From assembly GCA_900320505.1 (NCBI GenBank), contig ONSL01000002.1, forward strand, positions 1 through 50,631: DNA of 50,631 nt, in the 5' to 3' direction. Below are positions 18,411 to 27,410 of this stretch, piece after piece. Below the pieces are notes generated by a model. The model had not been told where the DNA came from. It worked only from the letters and a program-made list of their open reading frames with translations, and did not search any database. Source of the DNA: an uncultured Eubacteriales bacterium (GTDB lineage: Bacteria; Bacillota_I; Bacilli_A; RF39; UBA660). How positions within the stretch are numbered: the stretch's first letter is position 1; each line of letters starts with the position of its first letter. The translations under genes were made by a program, and so were the position numbers.

Positions 18411-18611
18411 TTAATAAATCATTTTAGAAGCTAAAAAGAAATCCCATATAAAATTAGTAACTAAATAAGTAATAGAAAGTAAAAGAAGCATAAAAAATAT
18501 TCTAGCTTGTAAAACTCTTCCTTGTTTAAAAATACCATTAATATTTAAAGAATCCATTGCAAAAAGAGTAACAATAGCAACTATAACATATAAAATTACT
18601 TTAACACTCAT
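18411..18611 (-). CDS. DUF1146 (YwzB-like) small membrane protein
   Basis: MSVKVILYVIVAIVTLFAMDSLNINGIFKQGRVLQARIFFMLL... fits the YwzB pattern. GAGGGT SD lies inside the rpiB 3' end. Confidence 0.55.
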   Translation of the reverse strand: MSVKVILYVIVAIVTLFAMDSLNINGIFKQGRVLQARIFFMLLLLSITYLVTNFIWDFFLASKMIY

Positions 18612-19047
18612 ACTTACCCTCTTCATATAAACTTATCTTATTAATTCTTCTTTTATGTCTATCTATATTAGAAAAAGGAGTATTTAAAAATTTATTGATA
18701 ATTGAAATAGCATCTTCTAAAGAAGTATCACCACTAAAAGCAACAATATTTGCATCATTATCATTACGTGTGTAATAAGCTTCATCTGCATTACTAACTT
18801 TTGCACAACGAATGCCTTTAACTTTATTACAAGCAATAGAAATACCTATTCCAGAACCACATATAGCAATACCAAAAACAGAATTATCTCTAACATACTC
18901 TCCTAATTTAAATCCAAAATCAGGATAATCACAAGAATCACTTGAATAAGTACCAAGATCTTTAAATTCATACTTATCTTTATAATATTCTTTTATTTTA
19001 TTTTTTAATTCAAAACCCCTATGATCAGATGCGATTGCAACCAACAT
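18601..19047 (-). CDS. rpiB: ribose-5-phosphate isomerase B (RpiB/LacAB family)
   Basis: MLVAIASDHRGFELK...GIAICGSGIGISIACNK...RCA. GGAGATGA SD upstream of the ATG at 19047. Confidence 0.85.
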   Translation of the reverse strand: MLVAIASDHRGFELKNKIKEYYKDKYEFKDLGTYSSDSCDYPDFGFKLGEYVRDNSVFGIAICGSGIGISIACNKVKGIRCAKVSNADEAYYTRNDNDANIVAFSGDTSLEDAISIINKFLNTPFSNIDRHKRRINKISLYEEGKYEC

Positions 19048-19087
19048 ATTATCATCTCCAACAAAAGTATAACACAAAAAAACTGCA

Positions 19088-19300
19088 TTATGCAGTCTTT
19101 TTATCAAAACCATATTTCTTATTGAACTTGTCTACACGTCCAGCACGTGATTGTCTACCTTGTTTACCAGTATAAAAAGGATGACAATTAGAACATACTT
19201 CAACAGAAATAGAATCTTCTGTACTCTTACAAGTAAAAGTATTACCACAAGCACAAGTAACAGTACAATCCTTATATTCAGGATGTATATTTTTCTTCAT
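19088..19300 (-). CDS. rpmE: 50S ribosomal protein L31 (Cys-containing, Zn-ribbon type)
   Basis: [22 protein letters not shown]...[22 protein letters not shown]. Confidence 0.9.
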   Translation of the reverse strand: MKKNIHPEYKDCTVTCACGNTFTCKSTEDSISVEVCSNCHPFYTGKQGRQSRAGRVDKFNKKYGFDKKTA

Positions 19301-19392
19301 AATCATTCTCCTTCCGCCATGGAGAAAAACTCCCCATAGAAATAATTAGCACTCTTATTTTATCAATAAATCCATTATAATGCAAGTGTTTT

Positions 19393-22209
19393 TTACTTAA
19401 CAACTATATTAACGATTCTATCTTTAACATAAATCTTCTTAATAATCTCTTTATCTTTAGTAAATTTAATTACATTTTCTTCACTTAAAGCTTTTGAAAG
19501 AACAGACTCTTCGTCTTCATCTTTTGAAATACTAATAGTAGCACGTACCTTTCCATTTACTTGAACAGCAATATTTAAAGTACTATCAACCATTAATGAA
19601 GAATCATATTTTGGCCAATTGCTTTCACAGAAAGGTTTGCCAAGCCCGTACTTTTCATTTAATTCTTCTGTAATATGAGGAGCAAAAGGATTAAGAAGAA
19701 TAAGTAATAGTCTATAATCATCTTTAGAAATACTATCCATCTTTTCATAAGAATTTAACATAATCATAATTGCAGAAATAGCAGTATTGAATTTTAAATT
19801 ATTAATATCATCTTCTACTTTCTTAATAGTCTTATTAGCAAGAACTGGATCAGAATATTCTTTCTTATTAACATCAAGTCTTTCTGCAATACGCTCTACT
19901 CTTCCAATAAACTTATAACATCCTCTTAAAGCTTCAGTACTCCAAGGAGCATCTTGTTGATAATCTCCCATAAACATTTCATAAACACGAAGAGTATCAG
20001 CACCATAATCTTTAACAATATCATCAGGATTAATAACATTGCCTTTGCTCTTGCTCATCTTATTTCCATCAGGTCCTAAAATCATACCATGATTAACACG
20101 AGTCCATATCATTTCACTCTTTGGAACAAGACCTATATTATATAAGAATTGAACCCAGAATCTAGCATAAAGTAAATGTCTTGCAGTATGTTCATTACCA
20201 CCATCATAATAATCAACTCTATCCCAGTATTTCATATTATCCATACTAGCGAATTCTTTATTATTATGAGGATCCATATATCTTAAGAAATACCAAGAAG
20301 ATCCTGCCCATTGTGGCATAGTATCAGTCTCACGTCTAGCATCTGTTCCACATTTAGGGCATTTACAATTGACAAAGGAATCAATTTTAGCAAGTGGAGA
20401 CTCACCATTATCAGTAGGTTCATATTCATGAACATCAGGAAGAAGAACAGGAAGATCTTTATCAGGAACTGGAACCCAACCACAATGCTTGCAGTATATC
20501 ATAGGAATAGGTTCACCCCAGAATCTTTGTCTACCAAAAACCCAATCTCTCATCTTATAATTAAATTCTTTTTTACCAATCTTTTTATCCTCAAGATACT
20601 TAAGCATAGCATTTATTGCATCTTCTTTATTCATACCATTTAAGAAGTCAGAATTAATATGAATGCCATCACCTTCCATTGCAGAATCATTAAGTGCATA
20701 CTGGAAAGTTTTAGCATGAAGCTCATCTTTAACATCTTTTTCAATAGCATCAGAACTTACCCACTCTACGTTAAATTCTTCATCTGGATCTAACTTTTGA
20801 GATACCTTATGATCATCTTTTAATTTAAATAAGAAACCCGTACTTTCAATATTGAAATATTTATCCTTATTATAAGAATAATAATGATGATTAATCTTGA
20901 ATGTTTCTCTTACAAACTCTAAATTATCGTAACCAGTTTTTTCCTTTACTTCACGAAGAGCACAAGAAAGTGCGTCTTCTCCATCTTTTATAGAGCCACC
21001 AACAAATAATCTTCCAACATTTTTGCCCCAATTAATAGTTAGATATTTATTATTTTTTTCATCATAAACAATTGCAACAATAGAATTTTTAAAAGTTTCT
21101 CCATCATGTTTTTCACCTGTTTCTTCTTCAAGAACTTGAACAATAGGTAAATTAAACTTTTTAGCAAAATCATAATCACGTGAATCATGAGCAGGAACAG
21201 CCATAATAGCGCCAGTTCCATAATCAGTTAAAACATAATCAGATATATAAATAGGAATATCTTCACCAGTTACAGGATTAACAGCATAACTTCCAGTAAA
21301 TACACCAGTCTTATCCTTATTTAAATCTGTTCTTTCAAGTTCATTCTTTAAAGTGCATTCTTTCTTATACTTTTCAACTTCATCTTTATGTTCAGGAGTT
21401 GTTATTAAAGAAACAAGCTTATGTTCAGGAGCAAGAACACAATAAGTAACACCAAACAAAGTATCACATCTAGTTGTAAAAACATCAAAACTCTTATCAC
21501 TATCTTTAACTTTAAAAGTTATTCTAGCACCACTACTTTTACCTATCCAGTTAATTTGACCAAGTTTAATCTTGTCTTGAAAATTAGTATCTTTTAATCC
21601 ATCAAGAAGTGAATCAGCATAACTTGCCATCTTAAGCATCCACTGACTCTTCTCTCTCTGCTCTACTCTAGTGCCACATCTTTCACAAACACCACCTGCT
21701 GCATCCTCATTTGAAAGAACCATCTTACATTTAGGACACCAATTAACTTTTGTATTAGTCTTATATGCCATACCATGCTTATAAAACTGAATAAATTGCC
21801 ATTGTGTCCATTTATAATAATCAGGATCAGTTGTAGAAAAGCTTCTGCTCCAATCAAAACTAAATCCACATTCCTTCATTTGATTCTTAAAAGTTTCAAC
21901 ATTTTTCTTAACTACATCTTTAGGATGTTGATGAGTCTTTATAGCATACTGCTCTGCTGGTGCACCAAAAGCATCAAATCCCATTGGAAATAAAACATTA
22001 TATCCTTGCATTCTCATCATTCTAGCTCTAACATCTTCAGATGTATAGCTTCTAACGTGTCCAACATGAAGACCAGCTCCAGAAGGATAAGGAAATTCGA
22101 CTAAAAGATAAAAATGTTTTCTACTCTTATCAAAATCTTTAGCTTTAAAGCTTTCATGATCCTCCCAATATTTTTGCCATTTCTTTTCTATACTTGTATA
22201 ATTACTCAT
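19393..22209 (-). CDS. leuS: leucine--tRNA ligase with an inserted Nudix-like domain (938 aa)
   Basis: HIGH (HVGHVRSY), KMSKS, zinc knuckles, and the CP1 motif GTGAIMAVPAHDSRDYDFA. The start ATG overlaps the upstream stop (ATGA). Confidence 0.93.
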   Translation of the reverse strand: MSNYTSIEKKWQKYWEDHESFKAKDFDKSRKHFYLLVEFPYPSGAGLHVGHVRSYTSEDVRARMMRMQGYNVLFPMGFDAFGAPAEQYAIKTHQHPKDVVKKNVETFKNQMKECGFSFDWSRSFSTTDPDYYKWTQWQFIQFYKHGMAYKTNTKVNWCPKCKMVLSNEDAAGGVCERCGTRVEQREKSQWMLKMASYADSLLDGLKDTNFQDKIKLGQINWIGKSSGARITFKVKDSDKSFDVFTTRCDTLFGVTYCVLAPEHKLVSLITTPEHKDEVEKYKKECTLKNELERTDLNKDKTGVFTGSYAVNPVTGEDIPIYISDYVLTDYGTGAIMAVPAHDSRDYDFAKKFNLPIVQVLEEETGEKHDGETFKNSIVAIVYDEKNNKYLTINWGKNVGRLFVGGSIKDGEDALSCALREVKEKTGYDNLEFVRETFKINHHYYSYNKDKYFNIESTGFLFKLKDDHKVSQKLDPDEEFNVEWVSSDAIEKDVKDELHAKTFQYALNDSAMEGDGIHINSDFLNGMNKEDAINAMLKYLEDKKIGKKEFNYKMRDWVFGRQRFWGEPIPMIYCKHCGWVPVPDKDLPVLLPDVHEYEPTDNGESPLAKIDSFVNCKCPKCGTDARRETDTMPQWAGSSWYFLRYMDPHNNKEFASMDNMKYWDRVDYYDGGNEHTARHLLYARFWVQFLYNIGLVPKSEMIWTRVNHGMILGPDGNKMSKSKGNVINPDDIVKDYGADTLRVYEMFMGDYQQDAPWSTEALRGCYKFIGRVERIAERLDVNKKEYSDPVLANKTIKKVEDDINNLKFNTAISAIMIMLNSYEKMDSISKDDYRLLLILLNPFAPHITEELNEKYGLGKPFCESNWPKYDSSLMVDSTLNIAVQVNGKVRATISISKDEDEESVLSKALSEENVIKFTKDKEIIKKIYVKDRIVNIVVK
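20680..21129 (-). other. Nudix-like domain insertion within LeuS (aa ~361-510)
   Basis: GGSIKDGEDALSCALREVKEKTGY (nt 20929-20997) matches the Nudix box GX5EX7REUXEEXGU except that the second Glu of EE is Lys. About 150 aa sit where the LeuS sequences I recall have about 20. Confidence 0.6.
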
Positions 22210-22583
22210 TTTTTATCATCCTTTCTTAACTTACGTTTACAAATTAAACTTAATATATAAAAACTTAAAAATATAATTGGAATAGTAAATATTAAAATTA
22301 AAAGTATCTGAATAAGTCCATTCTTAACAAAACCTATAAAATAAACTAAAATACTAATATCTAAACAAGAAACAAGTGAACAAACATTTATAAGCCAATT
22401 ATATTTAAGCTTATCAGTATCAACTTTATAAAAGTTTTTTAAGATAGAAATCTCAACAAGTTCTTTTAGTTCTTTCTTTCTTTTCTTTTTTCTCTTAACT
22501 TTATATTTACGTATAACTGCAAAATAATAAATTGCATATACAATTATATAAATAATTATAAAGAGAAATATATTGCTAATCAT
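22206..22583 (-). CDS. small membrane protein of unknown function (125 aa), first gene of the T-box-controlled leuS operon
   Basis: GGAGG SD 5 nt before the ATG at 22583. Three hydrophobic segments and a KKKRKK linker. The stop overlaps the leuS start (ATGA). Confidence 0.6.
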   Translation of the reverse strand: MISNIFLFIIIYIIVYAIYYFAVIRKYKVKRKKKRKKELKELVEISILKNFYKVDTDKLKYNWLINVCSLVSCLDISILVYFIGFVKNGLIQILLILIFTIPIIFLSFYILSLICKRKLRKDDKK

Positions 22584-22589
22584 ATTTAC

Positions 22590-22794
22590 CTCCAAACAAA
22601 AGCGCCCTTAATCATAAGGACGAATTACCGTGGTACCACCTTATTTCACATAAGTGCGCTTTACTGGAATTTAAGGCTTCCACACCTAATATTTATAAAC
22701 AAGTTTGGGTTCATTAACTTCTCTTATTTGTTTACACCATCCACAAATTCTCTTGAAAGAGTACGTTAATTACTACTACTTAAATATTAAAATT
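22590..22794 (-). promoter_or_regulatory. T-box riboswitch leader (tRNA-sensing transcription attenuator)
   Basis: Minus strand shows stem I with an AGUA/GAA S-turn and a GGTGTAA distal loop. The canonical antiterminator is AUAAGG-UGGUACC-ACG-guaauu-CGU-CCUUAU, containing the T-box core GGTGGTACCACGG (22628-22640). A terminator follows. Confidence 0.85.
22594..22622 (-). terminator. T-box attenuator terminator
   Basis: CGTCCTTA-tgat-TAAGGGCG followed by CTTTTGTTT. Its 5' arm overlaps the 3' arm of the antiterminator. Confidence 0.8.
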
Positions 22795-22800
22795 AAATCT

Positions 22801-22829
22801 ATTATACTAAACTTCATCAATATATTCAA
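22801..22829 (-). promoter_or_regulatory. sigma-A-type promoter of the T-box/leuS operon
   Basis: Minus strand TTGAAT-17 nt-TATAAT. It lies in the last codons and stop of the upstream GH31 gene, about 7 nt before stem I. Confidence 0.6.
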
Positions 22830-25239
22830 GAAGTTTTAAGAACAAATTCATATATTCTCTAGTAAGACCTTTCTTTCTTAACTTTCTAATAGCAATTCTC
22901 TTTTTATTAATAGGTTCATCACTAAACATAATAGAGAAAATATCTTCTTTTAAATATGTATTAATCTGTAAATCAGTAATAATACTATCAATATCATCAT
23001 TAATAAGTCTTACTGCATCAATCTCAATATCCTTACCTTTACAATTAATTGTAAGCTGTCCAACAGTCGGAACACCATTTATATAAAGATCAAAATCAGC
23101 TCCATCTACATAAGTATCGTACTTTAATTCCTTATTATTGAATAAAACTTTAATACTTTCAGCTTCTTTAGTATTTCTAAATACAATCTTATAATTACGT
23201 TTAGCAGGAACAATACCACTCTTACCTTCAACACTACGAATAATAACAGTGTAGTTGCTCTTCATATAATTATAGTCTATTGAAGTCTTAATAAAATAAC
23301 CATTTTTATTTAAAGCTGTTATACCATCATCTTCATACAATGTATACATATTACTTGATCCAGGGAATATTTGAATCTCTAAATCAGTTGCAAGACCAAC
23401 ATTATTTCTATCACTTCTATTAGAAAGAGGTATTATAGAGCCAGCATGAGCAAAAACAGGATAATCTTCTTCTCTAAAGAATGATACATATTTTTTACCG
23501 CCAGGGAACTTCTTACCAGTAAAGAAATCATACCAAGTACCATCAGGAATATAAAATTGATGAACAGTTCTATTCATTGCAGGATCCTTTTTAGTAAGAA
23601 TAGGACAGACAAGAAGTTGAGATCCAAAATAATATTGATTCTTATATAAAGGATCATCATAGCACCACATATAATTATAATAGAAAGGCTGAATAATTGG
23701 AGTACCTACCTCACTATACTTATAAGCTTCTGTATAAATATATGGTATTAACCTATGACGAAGTCTTAAATAATCAGCAACTATATTATAAGTTTTAGCT
23801 TCCCATACCCAAGGTTCCTTCTTATAGTATTTGCCTCTTGCAGCATGAAAACGAAGTATTGGAACAAAACATCCAAGTTCAACATGTCTAATATAAAGTT
23901 CAGACTCTTCAATACCACCATGATTACCACCAACATCAAATGATAAATAACCAATTCCCATATTAGAAGCATTAATATACTTGAAAACTTCATCTCTTAA
24001 ATTATCCCATCCAATTTCAGATGAACCACCATACTGAACAGGATATCTATGAGGAGCAAGAAGTGTACCTCTAGATAAAAGCATATTTCTTTTTGAAGGA
24101 TCTCTTCCACTATCTAAATATAGATAATTTGTAAGAGCCCAAGGTCTATTAACATCTGTTGTATTCTTATAATCATTCCAGAAGAAATCAACACCAAGTG
24201 CCTCAAGTGGATGAAGATAAACTTTAAAGAATACATCGATAATTTTAGGGTTTAATGGATCAAAATTAATAATTTGATTACCTTTAATACCTAAATATTC
24301 TGAAGCTTTAGGATAATACTTATCAAAAGGATAAAAACCTTCTCCAGGATTTATTTGAAGTCCAAAACGAATATTATGCTTATGAACCATATCAATAGTC
24401 TTTTTAGGATCAGGAAATAACTTGTTATTAAAAGTAAAACCTGTTCTCAAATTTTTAACATCATTATACTCTCTTATATGCCAGTCTTTATCAAGAAGAA
24501 TTACACTAATAGGAATTCTTTTCTTTTCAAACTTTTTTATTAAATCAAGAAGAGATGAATCATCATAAGTAATATTTCTGCACCACCAATTACCAAAAGC
24601 ATAACGAGGAAGAAGTGGTGGAGTTCCAGTCATTCTAAAATAATCTTGAAGAGCTAAATTAAACATATTGCCATACATAAAAACATAAATATCAATATTA
24701 TTAGTAGGTCTATTTTTTAAAGTACCATCACGTTCTAGAATAAGAGAAGAAGAATCATCAAGTGAAGCAAAACCCTCAATTGAATAAAGTCCTCTTTCTA
24801 AAGTTTTACTTATTGGAACATCTTCACCAATAAAATTACCACCCATATTACGAGCTTCTGGATTGCCATAATACCAATCTCTCATCTTATCTTTATCATT
24901 GACATTAGTAAGAGTAATCTTAAGATTCTTCATAGGATCAATTTTAGATCCAACAAAAGGTTGATCCTTCATATATGACAAATGAAAATATCTCGTAGTA
25001 ATCTCAAGAAAAGTAGAATCCTGTCTAACAGTAAATTCTGGAAGTCCTAAATTTCTATTTAAAATTATTTGAGTAGGCTCATCCACAAAAACACCATTAG
25101 GACTATACTCAAGTCTAACAACTCTTTCAGTTATAACAGAAACCCTATATTTAATACCCTTTATAACAGCTTTAGAATCACTCTTACATCTGCTATAATC
25201 AACTTCAAATTGTTTGCCAAGTGGATACACCAGTATCAC
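22807..25239 (-). CDS. glycoside hydrolase family 31 protein (acid/base Asp not conserved)
   Basis: GVDFFWNDYKN aligns with GH31 nucleophile motifs (YicI GVDCFKTDFGE, GAA WIDMNE). RYPVQYGGSSEIGWDNL aligns with GAA RYAGHWTGDVWSSWEQL. FDVGGN aligns with HDIGGF. No signal peptide. The start is uncertain (GTG 25239 or 25230). Confidence 0.8.
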   Translation of the reverse strand: MILVYPLGKQFEVDYSRCKSDSKAVIKGIKYRVSVITERVVRLEYSPNGVFVDEPTQIILNRNLGLPEFTVRQDSTFLEITTRYFHLSYMKDQPFVGSKIDPMKNLKITLTNVNDKDKMRDWYYGNPEARNMGGNFIGEDVPISKTLERGLYSIEGFASLDDSSSLILERDGTLKNRPTNNIDIYVFMYGNMFNLALQDYFRMTGTPPLLPRYAFGNWWCRNITYDDSSLLDLIKKFEKKRIPISVILLDKDWHIREYNDVKNLRTGFTFNNKLFPDPKKTIDMVHKHNIRFGLQINPGEGFYPFDKYYPKASEYLGIKGNQIINFDPLNPKIIDVFFKVYLHPLEALGVDFFWNDYKNTTDVNRPWALTNYLYLDSGRDPSKRNMLLSRGTLLAPHRYPVQYGGSSEIGWDNLRDEVFKYINASNMGIGYLSFDVGGNHGGIEESELYIRHVELGCFVPILRFHAARGKYYKKEPWVWEAKTYNIVADYLRLRHRLIPYIYTEAYKYSEVGTPIIQPFYYNYMWCYDDPLYKNQYYFGSQLLVCPILTKKDPAMNRTVHQFYIPDGTWYDFFTGKKFPGGKKYVSFFREEDYPVFAHAGSIIPLSNRSDRNNVGLATDLEIQIFPGSSNMYTLYEDDGITALNKNGYFIKTSIDYNYMKSNYTVIIRSVEGKSGIVPAKRNYKIVFRNTKEAESIKVLFNNKELKYDTYVDGADFDLYINGVPTVGQLTINCKGKDIEIDAVRLINDDIDSIITDLQINTYLKEDIFSIMFSDEPINKKRIAIRKLRKKGLTREYMNLFLKLLEYIDEV

Positions 25240-25275
25240 CCCTTTATCCTAATTAAAAATATATCATAAAATAAA

Positions 25276-26403
25276 TTATTTATCTAGATATTTAACATAA
25301 TATTCTTCAAACGGCATATTCTCTGAATCCATAATCTTGCTAGCTTTTTTTCCAACATATCTAAAATGCCATGCTTCATGTCTTACACCAGTTAAATCTT
25401 CAAACCTTTTCTGATATCTATAAATAAAGCCATACTTATAAGCATTTTTAACCATCCACTCATACTCCTTGCTATCTTCAAATATTTTAGAAGATAAACT
25501 ACCAAAGTCAAAAGCATAACCAGTTTGATGTTCTGAATATCCTGGAAGAATAACATATTTTCTACAATAAGATTCACCATATAAATCCTTATAATAATTA
25601 TAAGTTTCTTCTTGATCTTTATAAGATCTATAACCAGAATTAATTCTTAAATTAAGACTATCTTTAGAAGCAGCATTAATCATATTAATAGCAGCATTAA
25701 CTGCCTCACTTGTACCCTTAACCTTCTCACTTTTATCAAGCAAATACTTTGAAGGAACAGACACTAGTTTAGGAACGTATTTGCTCCCTAAATAATGATG
25801 CTTATTAGCAAGAACATTCTTTGAATAATCATTTGTCTTAATAGGATCTTTATAGTTTTCTTTATCAAGATCAAGATTAACCTTAATTATAGTATCCTCT
25901 TCATCATCACCCTCATTATCCATAAAAGTAATATATCTATCATAATTCTTAAGTTTAGCAAAAGAATAACTATAAAATTCATCTATATAACTAATCTTAT
26001 CTTTTTTAGCAAATTCTTTAACATCATCATTATTTCCATGACTAAGAATAATATTAATCTCTCTATCAGTATACCCTTTACTAATTAATTTATTAATATT
26101 AGAAACTAAATCTTTACCTTTATGATATTTAATTTTAATATAATGATTTATATTTTTTTCTTTGTAATCATCACTTTCAAAAGCAGCATTTAAAGTTTTA
26201 TTATTAGGATTATCAGTTGCAACCTGAATCTTAAATTCTTTAAAAATATTAATAGTAGCAGCTTTAGAATATCCAATGCTTCTAAAGCTATCAAGAATAA
26301 TAGTCCAAATAATAAATAGTATTAAAAGAATTATAAGAATAATAGAAACAATTTTAACAAAAATTTTAAAAGGTTTCTTCATTTTCAACTTGACCTTTTC
26401 CAT
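25276..26403 (-). CDS. membrane-anchored M15B (VanY-type) D-alanyl-D-alanine carboxypeptidase family protein
   Basis: N-terminal TM segment. SGYRSYKDQ, PGYSEHQTGYAFDF and EAWHFRYVG motifs. Confidence 0.75.
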   Translation of the reverse strand: MEKVKLKMKKPFKIFVKIVSIILIILLILFIIWTIILDSFRSIGYSKAATINIFKEFKIQVATDNPNNKTLNAAFESDDYKEKNINHYIKIKYHKGKDLVSNINKLISKGYTDREINIILSHGNNDDVKEFAKKDKISYIDEFYSYSFAKLKNYDRYITFMDNEGDDEEDTIIKVNLDLDKENYKDPIKTNDYSKNVLANKHHYLGSKYVPKLVSVPSKYLLDKSEKVKGTSEAVNAAINMINAASKDSLNLRINSGYRSYKDQEETYNYYKDLYGESYCRKYVILPGYSEHQTGYAFDFGSLSSKIFEDSKEYEWMVKNAYKYGFIYRYQKRFEDLTGVRHEAWHFRYVGKKASKIMDSENMPFEEYYVKYLDK

Positions 26404-26471
26404 AAAACCACCTACTATATAACTAAATTATAACATATTTGTGGTATACTATAAAGAAAAAAGGAGCAGAA

Positions 26472-27410
26472 ATGAACAAATTTAAATACACATTAGATAA
26501 CAAAAGATATCATACATTAAACTACTTTTTAAAAACAAAATTCCATGAAAAAGTAATGAAAATATCACTAAATGCAGGATTTACTTGTCCAAATATAGAT
26601 GGAACAAAAGGATTTGGTGGATGCATATATTGTTCTAAATCCGGAAGTGGAGAATTTGCAGGAAATAAAAAAGAAGATTTAAAAACTCAATTTAGAAAAA
26701 TAAAAAAAAATATGGAAAAGAAATGGCCAGATGCAAAATGTATAGCATACTTCCAAGCACGTACAAATACATATGCACCTGTTAATGTATTGAAAGAAAA
26801 ATATGAAAGTGTACTTAATGAAGATGGTGTTGTAGGACTTGCGATAGCAACTAGAAGTGATGCAATAACAGATGAGTGTCTTGACTACCTAGAAGATCTT
26901 AATAAAAGAACATTCCTAACAGTAGAGCTTGGACTTCAAACAACAAATGAAAAAACAAGCAAACTAATAAACAGATGTAATACACTGGAAAACTTTGAAG
27001 AAATGGTAAAAAAATTAAGAAAAAAAAATATAAATGTAGTTGTTCATATAATAAATGGACTTCCAGGAGAAACAGAAGAAGATATGTTAAACACAGTCAA
27101 GTATTTAAATAAACTAGATATACAAGGAATAAAAATACACATGCTATCAATATGTGAGGGAACAAAACTAGCAGAAATGTATAAAGAAAAAAAATTCCAT
27201 GTGCTAACTGAAAAAGAATATGTTGATATAGTAATAAAACAGTTAGAACTATTAAGACCAGAAATAGTAATACATAGAATAACAGGAGATCCAAAAAAAG
27301 AAGACTTAATAGAGCCTTCTTGGCTACTAAAAAAATTTCAGGTTATTGATGATATAGATAAAGAAATGGTTAAAAGAAATGTATATCAAGGAGATAAATC
27401 ATTTCTTTAA
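26472..27410 (+). CDS. TIGR01212-family radical SAM protein (YtqA/YhcC-like)
   Basis: CPNIDGTKGFGGCIYC cluster motif. AAAGGAGCAGAA SD before the ATG at 26472. Confidence 0.75.
   Translation: MNKFKYTLDNKRYHTLNYFLKTKFHEKVMKISLNAGFTCPNIDGTKGFGGCIYCSKSGSGEFAGNKKEDLKTQFRKIKKNMEKKWPDAKCIAYFQARTNTYAPVNVLKEKYESVLNEDGVVGLAIATRSDAITDECLDYLEDLNKRTFLTVELGLQTTNEKTSKLINRCNTLENFEEMVKKLRKKNINVVVHIINGLPGETEEDMLNTVKYLNKLDIQGIKIHMLSICEGTKLAEMYKEKKFHVLTEKEYVDIVIKQLELLRPEIVIHRITGDPKKEDLIEPSWLLKKFQVIDDIDKEMVKRNVYQGDKSFL

Noticed and set aside
19301-19392. A partially palindromic sequence (ATGGGGAGTTTTTCTCCATGG) lies upstream of rpmE and might be an L31 autoregulatory leader.
   Set aside because: Only a 4 bp GGAG/CUCC pairing plus a CCATGG palindrome is present. 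This is too weak to call without comparative data.
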